Source: Salinispira sp.
GTDB lineage: Bacteria; Spirochaetota; Spirochaetia; DSM-27196; Salinispiraceae
Reading direction: 5' to 3'
NCBI GenBank assembly: GCA_965226555.1
Contig: CBDDDG010000021.1
Span: forward strand, 160,001-224,000
Length of the DNA: 64,000 bases
The notes under the pieces: model-generated
Database searches by the model: none
The model's input: the letters and a program-made list of their open reading frames with translations, nothing else
Told to the model about the DNA's origin: nothing
In this document: positions 9,528 through 18,405 of the stretch, piece after piece
Numbering within the stretch: the stretch's first letter is position 1
Layout of the letters: the number at the start of each line of letters is the position of its first letter
Made by a program: the position numbers and the translations under genes

Positions 9528-12500
9528 GCAGCTCCTTGCTGAGTTCACGCGCAATGTCGGTAATTTCTCTTTTTGTAAATCTCCGTTGAAGCCTGTGCGG
9601 TTCATTCTGCCTGAGATCATAGATGATCGCCTCCGGCTCCGGCCAGCCCATCATTTCAAGCGCAAGACGATATATGTCCAGCTGCATACGATAATCCTCA
9701 GGTTTCACGCTCCTGCCGCTTTTATAATCGATGAGCATAGTGCGTTCGCCTGTGACCAGAAACAGATCAATTTTTCCATGAATGGAAAATTCTTCGAGGC
9801 AGAGCGTGAAGGGCAGCTCAAAATAGGCCTCATCGGCATCCTCAATATTACGGAAAAGTTCGGTGCGGGTAAGCGAATGCACAATATCACAGGCCTGTTC
9901 ATACAGGGCATGGTCATTACGTATGCGAGAAGGCAGGGAAGTATGAGAAAGCAGGGAAGCCGGCGGAATATACATTTCTCCGGTTTTACGGACATGCGCG
10001 AATGCTTTTTCAAGAAGATAATGCAGCAACGTGCCGAATTCCGCTGCCTCCTCGGAATCGCCGTCCTGCCTATCGCCGTCCCGCAGGGAATCGCCGCCCT
10101 GCCTATCGCCGTCCGTCCCACCGATGGTATTCTGCGCTTCAGTGTGATGATCTTCCCCGTTTGCTGTGTGATCCTTACTAAGTTGAAATTTCTGCATTTC
10201 ATTCACTGAAAAATGTGTGCGGGGCATGGGGGGAAGAGGGAGCTGTCGGGCCGGCCCTGAGAAATCACCCGCCTCGGGCGCCGAATGTATGGGCTGAAGA
10301 TCATTTCTGCCCACGGGCTCGGGAAGGGTAAGAAAAATACTTCCCGCTTCCGTACGCTGTTCGCTGCGGTATAATGGCCCCTGTTGTACTATTTCTTCCG
10401 GGTTGAGGTTCATGCCGGCCTGTATGAGGTCAAAAAAATTCTCATTCCATTCGCGTGCGGGTTCCGTCTGTGAACGTTCTTTCCGTGAATTTTTGATGCC
10501 CGAAGCGCTGATGAACAGATGCTGTTCGGCCCGCGTCATTGCAACATAGAGTATCCGGCGGGTTTCGGCATTTTCCCGTTCGCATTCATCGTTTTCATAC
10601 TGTTTTACGAGCGGGTTCCGATAGCTCCTGATCATGCCCGGATCATCTTTCAGATACTTCGCGGAAGTCGCCCTGCCCAGACCCCCGTAAAGTATGAGCT
10701 CACCGTTTTTCCCGCTCACCCAACTTGCGGATGCCTCAGTGGAATTCCGCTCTTTCCCATTCGTATTAACGAGGAAGACAACGGGAAATTCCAGCCCCTT
10801 GGCCTTATGCACCGACATAATACTGACGCCGCGTTTTTTTTCCTGAACAATACTAATGTCTTCAATTTTCCCGAATTTTCCTAAATTCGCTTCCATAATT
10901 TCCAGAAGTTCCACGAGTGGAACATCAGCATGAAGATCGAAAAATTCAAGGAGATAATCGTAGTGCTCCAGCCATGTTCGACGGCGCGGGCTGAGGTCGA
11001 CATAATTGAGATAGGCAGAACGCTTCCACATTTCCGCGAGAAGTTCGCTGTGGGAACAATGCCCTATGAGGGAACGGATATCATCAAGAAAATCGAGAAG
11101 GGCATTGTATGCGGAAACATCCTCAGAAGACATAATACCGCGCATCGCATTCTCACTGCCCGACTGCGCCGACTGATCCGCATGCGCCGATTGATCATGC
11201 AACGGAATTTTTTCCCCGCTGCTGAGCCTTCCATCAGCAAGCTGAAAAAGAAGGGCTGCAATCGTATCATCGCCGAGTCGGCAGAATGGTGAGCGCAGAA
11301 CGGCTGCCAGGGAGAAACTGTCTTCAGGAAATATACAGAGTTTGAGCAGGGCATGGGCATCGAAGGCCGGAGCATCGAGAAAGAGTGATCGGATGCTGTC
11401 GCTTGAGAAGGGAATGTCGAAGCGCCGAAGCATTTTTTCTATGAGGTACTGTATCGTTCCGCTGCGAAATAAAATGGCGATATCATCATAGCTCACCGGC
11501 GTCACCGCATCTCCCTCCTGTTTCAGGAGTGTATCGTCATTGCAAATTTCATAAATACGCTTCGCTATGCTGTAGGCCTCCATTTCCTGCCGGGAGAGAA
11601 GGGGGGTGTCATGCTCCGTTAGGTCTGTTTTTTTGCGCTCGCGATGAAGAATGAGTTCGATATGGCTTGCAATGCTTGTGCTGCGCCCTGTTTCGAGGGG
11701 GCTATAATCTGCTTCAAAATCTTCCCTGCCGCCCATAATGCGGGGGAAGAAATGATTAAAAAAATCTATGAGGTCCCGGCTGCTGCGATAGTTTGTGTTG
11801 AGTGAAAGGATGTTGCTCTCTGTGTGGAATTCTCTGCCAAGTTTGCGGAATACCGACACATCCGCGCCTCGAAAACGGTATATCGACTGCTTCTGATCTC
11901 CCACGAGAAAAAGCCCCTTCGACCGCAGCTGACTGAAATTGGGGATTTCGGGCGCGCTGTATCCCTGCGGGGCGGAGAGCAGAAAGAGAAGGTTTTTCTG
12001 CAGAACATTGTTATCCTGAAATTCATCTATCATTATGTACTGAATTTCTTTCCGGTAGTAGTCGGCAAGCGCCGGATGATCCAGAAGAATGCGAATGCTC
12101 AGTTCAAGCAGGTCGCGGTAATAGAAGACGCCGCGTTTCCGCTTAAACTCCCTGACCCGGCAAAGATAATCATCTGCGAGCTCATAGAATTCCGTGTAGA
12201 ATTCCTGTTCGGTAAAAATAAGAAGTGCCGGAATGAGTATTGTTCTGATCTTTGTGCATAGTTCCTTCCAGTGTTTCCAGGGCTTTCGGGATGATCGTGA
12301 TCCGGCGAGAAAATAGAGGGCTGCGACGGCGGGCTGAAGAACCTCAATGAGGGCTACGGCGATGGTATTGTCGATTTTACCCTCTCTTTTCTTCCGCTCG
12401 ATACTTTCCATTTCCCACGAGATTTCTTGCAATGCCCATCTGTCGAAAAGAGTATTGCTCGGTTCTCGTCCATTTTTATTTCTGAATTTCTGCATTATTG

Positions 12501-13305
12501 TTTCTGCTTCCATGTTTTCGTCTATCGTACTCATTCCGTCAAGCTCCGTGAGGCAGCGTGAACATGTGTTCATTGCCTCGCGGTGATGTTCCTTGTTTTG
12601 CGCATTTTTCTGCTCCTGCGCGTTCACATGAAGAATTTCAGGAATTGCTCTTTGCAGCGTGATTAATTCCCTGCGCGCGAGGTCATTAAGAAGGTCGAAA
12701 AATATTTCTGCCTGCCCGATGGTGCCGTCCTTTCCGGTGCCGTCCTTTCCGGCGCTGTCGCCCCCACCGGCGCCATGGGTGCCGCCGACCTGAGTCAGGC
12801 TGAGAAATGTGCTGCCGAGTCTGATGAACAGTTCCCTAACAATTTTTTCATAGGAGAACTGTTCCAGCAGACGGGTGATGATCCGGCTGCGGCGGGAAGA
12901 TGCAAGATAGTTCAGGGTGAAGGATTCGAGCTCACGGAGAAAATTGCCCTCATCTATGTGAAAATTGACCGGATAACCATATTCGCTGACATAGGGTTTG
13001 ATAATCCGGCTGCAGAAACTATCAATCGTGGTAATCCGCGCCCTGTCAAAGCGCAGAAATTCCCGCTGCAACATCGGTGAACCTTCCTGGTTCAGACGGT
13101 GATATATCCGCCGGTACATTTCCCCCGCGGCTTTGCGGGTAAATGTGAGGCAGAGAATGTTTTCAACAGCAAGATTATCCGTTTTCAGGAGGGAGATGTA
13201 GCGTTCCACGAGCACTGCCGTTTTTCCGGCGCCGGCGCCTGCCGATACAATGCTGTGTCCGCGGGCATCAATTGCTTCCTGCTGCTCTCTGTTAAACTGC
13301 ATCAT
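9517..13305 (-). CDS. addA: AddA/UvrD-like ATP-dependent helicase with C-terminal PD-(D/E)XK nuclease
   Basis: Motifs AGAGAGKT, IDEFQD, VGDQKQSIYRFRGAD, VHKAKGLEF and YVAMTRA, then GKIDL...IDYKSG. Coupled to the upstream AddB-like gene. Confidence 0.85.
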   Translation of the reverse strand: MMQFNREQQEAIDARGHSIVSAGAGAGKTAVLVERYISLLKTDNLAVENILCLTFTRKAAGEMYRRIYHRLNQEGSPMLQREFLRFDRARITTIDSFCSRIIKPYVSEYGYPVNFHIDEGNFLRELESFTLNYLASSRRSRIITRLLEQFSYEKIVRELFIRLGSTFLSLTQVGGTHGAGGGDSAGKDGTGKDGTIGQAEIFFDLLNDLARRELITLQRAIPEILHVNAQEQKNAQNKEHHREAMNTCSRCLTELDGMSTIDENMEAETIMQKFRNKNGREPSNTLFDRWALQEISWEMESIERKKREGKIDNTIAVALIEVLQPAVAALYFLAGSRSSRKPWKHWKELCTKIRTILIPALLIFTEQEFYTEFYELADDYLCRVREFKRKRGVFYYRDLLELSIRILLDHPALADYYRKEIQYIMIDEFQDNNVLQKNLLFLLSAPQGYSAPEIPNFSQLRSKGLFLVGDQKQSIYRFRGADVSVFRKLGREFHTESNILSLNTNYRSSRDLIDFFNHFFPRIMGGREDFEADYSPLETGRSTSIASHIELILHRERKKTDLTEHDTPLLSRQEMEAYSIAKRIYEICNDDTLLKQEGDAVTPVSYDDIAILFRSGTIQYLIEKMLRRFDIPFSSDSIRSLFLDAPAFDAHALLKLCIFPEDSFSLAAVLRSPFCRLGDDTIAALLFQLADGRLSSGEKIPLHDQSAHADQSAQSGSENAMRGIMSSEDVSAYNALLDFLDDIRSLIGHCSHSELLAEMWKRSAYLNYVDLSPRRRTWLEHYDYLLEFFDLHADVPLVELLEIMEANLGKFGKIEDISIVQEKKRGVSIMSVHKAKGLEFPVVFLVNTNGKERNSTEASASWVSGKNGELILYGGLGRATSAKYLKDDPGMIRSYRNPLVKQYENDECERENAETRRILYVAMTRAEQHLFISASGIKNSRKERSQTEPAREWNENFFDLIQAGMNLNPEEIVQQGPLYRSEQRTEAGSIFLTLPEPVGRNDLQPIHSAPEAGDFSGPARQLPLPPMPRTHFSVNEMQKFQLSKDHTANGEDHHTEAQNTIGGTDGDRQGGDSLRDGDRQDGDSEEAAEFGTLLHYLLEKAFAHVRKTGEMYIPPASLLSHTSLPSRIRNDHALYEQACDIVHSLTRTELFRNIEDADEAYFELPFTLCLEEFSIHGKIDLFLVTGERTMLIDYKSGRSVKPEDYRMQLDIYRLALEMMGWPEPEAIIYDLRQNEPHRLQRRFTKREITDIARELSKELLTT

Positions 13306-16019
13306 TCCCAGCCCATCCGCAGAGAAAAAGCATGCCGACAGAGTGCCTCATGCCGGCAGGAGGGACAGCCCGCTGGAGGAATGCGAAAATCACCCCTATC
13401 GATCTGACCGCGCATATCGCGCAGATTTTCGAGAATTTCCTGTTCAAGTATGTCCGCAACTTCCGGATTGGTAACAGGCAGAGAAGACCTTCCGGCTTTC
13501 TCCCCGTTTCGGTCTATTACGCCATGGTATATTTTTGTACTTCCGCGTGAAGCTGAATAATATGCTGCCGATTTTACCCGCTGCCCTGCGTTTTTGAGGA
13601 GGAGGGCGTAGGCGGAGAGCTGCACATTTTTGGCATCGTTTTTGATCTTTCGTATTTCCTGCAGGGCATCCTCTGTTAGTTCCTTGCTGAGCAGGCTGCC
13701 GATTTTGCCGAGAATGCCGCTTGCTGTCGGCAGGGAACCGGTCTTATAGTCTATTATTGATAATTCACCGCTTTCGGGGTTTTGCATAATACGGTCTATC
13801 CGTCCGCTCAGGCGCGCGGCAGGGTCAAGTTCCTCTTCGAGACGATACTCCAATTCATGTATGCGGTAGTTATTATGATGTTTGCCGTCTTCCTCCAGTA
13901 TTCCGGCTATGCGGTCTTCAAAGAAATCCCGCAGACTTGCATGCAGAATTTTGTTAATGCCCAAAAGCAGGCTGCGGTCGGCAAAAGCCGTATCCAGAAC
14001 TTCACGGCTTATCTCCCCGTAGCGCTCAAGCAGGCTGATGCGGAAATACCCGCCCGATTCTTCCCCAATACGCCGGTATATGCGTTCCATTATTGTGTGC
14101 AGCGCAATGCCTATGCGTCTGAACGGCCAGAGCTCGGGTATGAGTGTAATCGTCTCAGGTTTGCACTGCATCCAGAAATAGGAAAAGGGGCAGTGAAGCC
14201 AGGCCTCAAGCCTGTTCACCGAGATAGAGGGGGGAATAAATTGTTCGCTGATTGTTTCTGATATGCTGCGCCAGTTCGTCTTCTGAAGGTTCAGAATATC
14301 TTCTTTTCGGTTGTTCGGGAGATGGTGATGGTGATGGTGATGGCGGCGATGATGGCGGCGATCTGCATCGTTTTCGGGGAGTTTGTCGCCACTGTTATCG
14401 GGGATGTTGCCGGCGCTGGGCCCTCGGTGATATTCCTGTATCTTGTCCGACGTGAGGAAGAGGAGGATCGGCAGATTTTCACGCCCCCGCGTGTGCCTGC
14501 TGTAACTAATCCATACATTGCGGCCCGAGGCGGTATAGGCTGTGATGAAATTGTCTGTTAGTGCGGAGGAAGAGTCGAAGAGTTGCCGAAGAATGTCTTC
14601 CCTGAGAAACTCAAGCCCCTTCCTGTTCACCGCGACCGATTCGGCATTAAAATTGATGCAGAAATGATGCTCAACTGCCAGCCCTGCTCCCACTCGGTAA
14701 TCGTAAACGGCGATACCTTCCGTATTTTGCGGAAGATAGGTAACGGATTCAAGCTGTGTGATCGTGAAATTGAGTATGTCGGGTTGAATATCAGGGAACT
14801 GCGCGAGTTCCCTCCCTATTTCCTCAATATGGATTACTGCCCGTTGCCAAGCGGCAGCATCGTTCGTATTCCAGCGGTCGGTTTGGGTATATGTTCCAAG
14901 GAATCGGTACATTGCTGCGTATAATTCATCCGCATCCCGCGCTGCCGTAATCTTTCTGAGCGCATCAAAGAGCCCAGCGCTTCCGTGCACTTCGCCTGTC
15001 CGATTCTCTGCTGACCCCGCGGACTTCCTGCCCAGCTCAACATTCTTCCATGCTGAAAATCCTCCCTCAAGAAGATTAAAATCGATAGCGCGGGCGATAA
15101 GACGGCGGTTTGTTTCCGGATACTTCCACGGCAGCCCGGGGTGAAGAAGGAAATTCCGCACATTCCTAAATGAGAAATTGTCCCGCATATCTGCGAGCAT
15201 TTTCAGCCAAGAAACAGAGGAGTACTCGCAGAGGTTCTTCCCCCTGCGCCGGTTCAGGGGAATACCGAGGTTCCGGGCAATGTATTCCAGCCGTGGGTAG
15301 AGGGATGAGTAATCGCTGAGGGTAATGGCAATGTTTTTCGGCCCTACTCCGCTCTGGAGCAGGGCGCCGGCTGCCTCAAGGCAGCGCTGGAACTCCTGAC
15401 GATAGTCGGCAAATTCATAGAGGAGCACACTTCCCTGTTCTTTAGAGCCTTCTATTAATGTTATGTCTTCGGTTTTTTCAAGCTCTGCCCGGTATTCTTC
15501 AAAATCTTCCAATAGCTGGGGATAAAAGATGCAGTAGGAATTCCCATTGGGTATGTACTCCCGTCCTGAATCCGCAGGTTCATAGCGGCCGTGGCGGTCG
15601 AGAAAATCGCGGTAGCTATCGCAGATATTCTTCACATCTTTGAAAAGTGAGGCGCTGATCATGTTCTGTAATGTATCTTGAACGGTGCGGGAGATGAGCC
15701 GAGATAGTACGGCAACAATGGCGGGGCTGTAGAGTTCAATGTCGTTGCGATAGCGGGGAGGAACAAGAACAGAGAGAAGGGGCGCCTTCCGGTTTTTCTG
15801 CAGAAGGTGGTAGGCGAAGATATTTCTGAACAATGTGTTGGCCGGTTTCCGTTCTTCCCTGCCGAAGAATGTCAGTTCCTTGAAATGGTCCCAGGAAATG
15901 AAACGGTCATGCCGGACAATTCCCGTACCTTCGGCAATTCGCTGAGCCCATGAGGCAGCGGTTATTTCCGAAGGAAAGACAAGTACCGCAGATGAATCGG
16001 TATAAAATTCAAATATCAC
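13302..16019 (-). CDS. addB: AddB-like protein (inactive helicase fold + PD-(D/E)XK nuclease with Fe-S cysteines)
   Basis: C-terminal GRIDRI...IIDYKTG. WLHCPF plus CPSCRHEALC match the 1+3 Cys pattern of the AddB Fe-S staple. Overlaps the addA start by 4 nt. Confidence 0.75.
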   Translation of the reverse strand: MIFEFYTDSSAVLVFPSEITAASWAQRIAEGTGIVRHDRFISWDHFKELTFFGREERKPANTLFRNIFAYHLLQKNRKAPLLSVLVPPRYRNDIELYSPAIVAVLSRLISRTVQDTLQNMISASLFKDVKNICDSYRDFLDRHGRYEPADSGREYIPNGNSYCIFYPQLLEDFEEYRAELEKTEDITLIEGSKEQGSVLLYEFADYRQEFQRCLEAAGALLQSGVGPKNIAITLSDYSSLYPRLEYIARNLGIPLNRRRGKNLCEYSSVSWLKMLADMRDNFSFRNVRNFLLHPGLPWKYPETNRRLIARAIDFNLLEGGFSAWKNVELGRKSAGSAENRTGEVHGSAGLFDALRKITAARDADELYAAMYRFLGTYTQTDRWNTNDAAAWQRAVIHIEEIGRELAQFPDIQPDILNFTITQLESVTYLPQNTEGIAVYDYRVGAGLAVEHHFCINFNAESVAVNRKGLEFLREDILRQLFDSSSALTDNFITAYTASGRNVWISYSRHTRGRENLPILLFLTSDKIQEYHRGPSAGNIPDNSGDKLPENDADRRHHRRHHHHHHHLPNNRKEDILNLQKTNWRSISETISEQFIPPSISVNRLEAWLHCPFSYFWMQCKPETITLIPELWPFRRIGIALHTIMERIYRRIGEESGGYFRISLLERYGEISREVLDTAFADRSLLLGINKILHASLRDFFEDRIAGILEEDGKHHNNYRIHELEYRLEEELDPAARLSGRIDRIMQNPESGELSIIDYKTGSLPTASGILGKIGSLLSKELTEDALQEIRKIKNDAKNVQLSAYALLLKNAGQRVKSAAYYSASRGSTKIYHGVIDRNGEKAGRSSLPVTNPEVADILEQEILENLRDMRGQIDRGDFRIPPAGCPSCRHEALCRHAFSLRMGWE

Positions 16020-16324
16020 GTTGAAAAATCAACGACAGCGCTATCCTTCACCATGGCAACAAGCCGTTTTGCCGCTGCCCGGTGCTCAGGATGATTCCGG
16101 TATGTTTTCAGAGCGGCCCTATCCCTGTGAACACTGCGCAGCACCAAATCCCAGGCGGCATCACCATCATTGAAATTGAGACCAAGCTCCAGCGATTCAA
16201 GTTCCGGTATTTTTTCCGTAAGGCCCTCAAGCAGGGGTTTCAGCTCCGCGAAGGCGCTTTGACCATCAACATCATCATTAAATTTCCACATTACAACATG
16301 TACAATCATAGGGCATTCTTTCAT
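16016..16324 (-). CDS. Dabb family (stress-responsive A/B barrel) protein
   Basis: About 100 aa with MIVHVVMWKF...L...IP...YRNHPEH...VVDF pattern. Confidence 0.85.
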   Translation of the reverse strand: MKECPMIVHVVMWKFNDDVDGQSAFAELKPLLEGLTEKIPELESLELGLNFNDGDAAWDLVLRSVHRDRAALKTYRNHPEHRAAAKRLVAMVKDSAVVDFST

Positions 16325-16357
16325 GAATAATCGTTATATGCAATACCGCAGCTCTTG

Positions 16358-16386
16358 TTGACAATGCCCTGTAATTTTTGTATATT
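16358..16386 (+). promoter_or_regulatory. Sigma70-like promoter (TTGACA-17 nt-TATATT)
   Basis: TTGACA at 16358-16363, TATATT at 16381-16386, ATG 6 nt downstream at 16393. Confidence 0.55.
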
Positions 16387-16392
16387 ATGACC

Positions 16393-16872
16393 ATGATTGA
16401 CACACTACTCGCATCAAAAACATTGCAGAAAAATGGTTTCTCTCTTCAGCAGTCGGATGTGCTGGCAAAGATCATTGCGCAGCAAAACGACGAACTCGTA
16501 ACGAAGCAAGATATTCAGCTCCTAAAAAAAGATATGAAGCAAGATATTCAGCTCCTAAAAAAAGATATGGAGCAAGATATTCAGCTCCTAAAAAAAGATA
16601 TTCAGCTCCTAAAAAAAGATATGAAGCAGGATATTCAGCTCCTAAAAAAAGATACGGAAAAACTGCAAACCGATGCGCAGGTACTGCGACACGATATGCA
16701 GGCGCAGCGGGAAGAAACAAAGGAAAATATTCAGGTACTGCGGGAAGAAACAAAGGAAAATATTCAGGCGCTGCGGGAAGATATAACGAAATCAATTCGG
16801 CACATATTCTGGTTGCTTGCTCTCATATTCCCGGTTATGATTACCATACTGGTACTTTTCACACAGCGATAA
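16393..16872 (+). CDS. Bdr/DUF1640-like coiled-coil repeat membrane protein
   Basis: N-terminal DTL...L...GFS..Q and LVTKQD, then tandem KQDIQLLKKDM and REETKENIQ repeats and a C-terminal hydrophobic anchor. This architecture matches spirochaete Bdr/CCDC90-like proteins. Confidence 0.7.
   Translation: MIDTLLASKTLQKNGFSLQQSDVLAKIIAQQNDELVTKQDIQLLKKDMKQDIQLLKKDMEQDIQLLKKDIQLLKKDMKQDIQLLKKDTEKLQTDAQVLRHDMQAQREETKENIQVLREETKENIQALREDITKSIRHIFWLLALIFPVMITILVLFTQR
16504..16785 (+). repeat. In-frame 33/21-bp tandem repeats within the Bdr-like gene
   Basis: Five copies of GATATTCAGCTCCTAAAAAAAGAT and two to three copies of a CGGGAAGAAACAAAGGAAAATATTCAGG unit. Confidence 0.9.
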
Positions 16873-17029
16873 TTATGCGCCGCACCGAAAAATCCGCTAG
16901 CCGCAATGAGCGCGGTACCTTCGCAGGCTTTGACCCTAACCCGCAGGCAGTTCCCTAATATCTTCCAAAATGCGAGAATGCTCAGTGCATAAAAGCATGT
17001 CAAATTTAAAACTTTGCGGAGCAAAACTT

Positions 17030-17470
17030 TCAATATGAACCGGCGTCAATATCGTGATCGTCATGATTTCCGCTGCTGCCGTGCGCGTCTTCAATCTGCT
17101 TGTTCATGCGGGCGATAATTCTGTTCGGCAGACAGGCAGCCCAGTCGCCGCCCCGTTCGAGGTAGCCGAATGAAATACAAATTTTATCTCTGCAGTCGGA
17201 ATGGACAAAACGCGCCCTCCCATCATTCGTGACCTCAAGGATTGTTTTGCCGATCGGGCCTTCAAATTCAACTGTCCGGGGACTGCCGAGTTCATAGCGG
17301 TATTCGGTACCGGATGCCTGAATGAGAACTGATCCGGCAGCGCCGATGTTCTGTACCGACAGAATGAGGAAAAGAATGAAGATCCCAATATATGTGAAAA
17401 TTACAATGAAGTCTCCGGGAGTGAGCGCGCGGAAAAAAGTGGATAATTTGGGGAATCGGCGCCGCATCAT
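17030..17470 (-). CDS. NusG domain II-containing protein (DUF1312-like)
   Basis: N-terminal TM segment after GD, then GPIG and SDCRDKICI...AACLPNRI. Confidence 0.85.
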   Translation of the reverse strand: MMRRRFPKLSTFFRALTPGDFIVIFTYIGIFILFLILSVQNIGAAGSVLIQASGTEYRYELGSPRTVEFEGPIGKTILEVTNDGRARFVHSDCRDKICISFGYLERGGDWAACLPNRIIARMNKQIEDAHGSSGNHDDHDIDAGSY

Positions 17471-18204
17471 GACCGTTTTTTGCGGTTGCAGATGTACAGA
17501 CCCGAACCCTGCTCATTCCTGCGGTGATCAACCGTGAAAAGGCCAATTGCCCGCACAAGCTCGCCCAGTTTGTTGTAGCCATAGTTGCGGGCGTCAAACT
17601 GCGGCCAGGCGTTCATAACAATTTGCCCAACTGTTCCGAGGTTTGACCAGCCATCGTCATCGTTGCTGTCATCAATGGCCTTGCGTATGGAGTTGATGAG
17701 GCGGGTGTCCTGCTTGAGTTTCATGGGGGTAATTTTTTTTGCCGCAATTTGCGGTTCGTCTCCGGCGCCGTGGAGGTTTTCGGTGTAGAAAAAGCGGTCG
17801 CAGGCTGAGGTGAAGGACTCAGGGGTCTGTTTTCTTCCGAAGCCGAATACAATTTTCCCCGATTCTCTCAGGCGCGATGAAAGCCGCGTGAAATCGCTGT
17901 CGGAGCTGACAATGCAGAATCCATCGAGGTTATCGGCGTACAGCAGGTCCATGGCATCAATAATGAGTGCCGAATCGGTGGCATTCTTGCCAATTGTGTA
18001 GGCAAACTGCTGCATGGGCTGGAGGGAGTTGGAGTGCATGTGCTCCTTCCATGTTTTCATATGCGTGCTGGTCCAGTCGCCGTATATCCGTTTAACATGG
18101 GCTATGCCATGGTTTGCGACCTCTGTGAGTATGGCTTCAATGAGTCCTGCCTGAGTGTTATCGGCATCTATAAGCACCGCAAGACGTTTCTGGTTTTCTT
18201 TCAT
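17467..18204 (-). CDS. NYN (LabA/DUF88) domain protein with C-terminal OST-HTH/LOTUS domain
   Basis: Motifs LIDADN, RIYGDW, KNATD..LIIDAMD and SSDSDF, then GW..LG.VG...FDARNYGY.KL..L. Start placed at MKENQ (18204). Confidence 0.9.
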   Translation of the reverse strand: MKENQKRLAVLIDADNTQAGLIEAILTEVANHGIAHVKRIYGDWTSTHMKTWKEHMHSNSLQPMQQFAYTIGKNATDSALIIDAMDLLYADNLDGFCIVSSDSDFTRLSSRLRESGKIVFGFGRKQTPESFTSACDRFFYTENLHGAGDEPQIAAKKITPMKLKQDTRLINSIRKAIDDSNDDDGWSNLGTVGQIVMNAWPQFDARNYGYNKLGELVRAIGLFTVDHRRNEQGSGLYICNRKKRS

Positions 18205-18328
18205 ATTAGTTCCTATTCCTGTGTAACTCTGATAAAGTATATACTGCCGATTAGAAAAGATCAACAAACAGGGTTTGCATGAATAAAGTTTGTATTTTGC
18301 AAAACTTTGTAATATACTTATTGAAATG

Positions 18329-18372
18329 TTTGCATTGGAAAATTGTGCAGAGCACAATTTCCAGTAGCGAAA
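18329..18372. repeat. Dispersed ~45-bp imperfect palindrome, copy 1
   Basis: TTTGCATTGGAAAATTGTGC-AGA-GCACAATTTCCAGTAGCGAAA. Other copies at 36749, 38291 and 53591. Confidence 0.85.
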
Positions 18373-18405
18373 CGTTATCAAATTATTACCGTAAGGAGTG
18401 AAAGT

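Noticed and set aside
18205..18405. Long N-terminal extensions in the ORF track (17467-18381, 18343-19950; similarly 36777, 30581, 59584)
   Set aside because: The extensions run through intergenic palindromes, repeats or neighbouring genes. Downstream ATGs have RBSs and/or match family N-termini.
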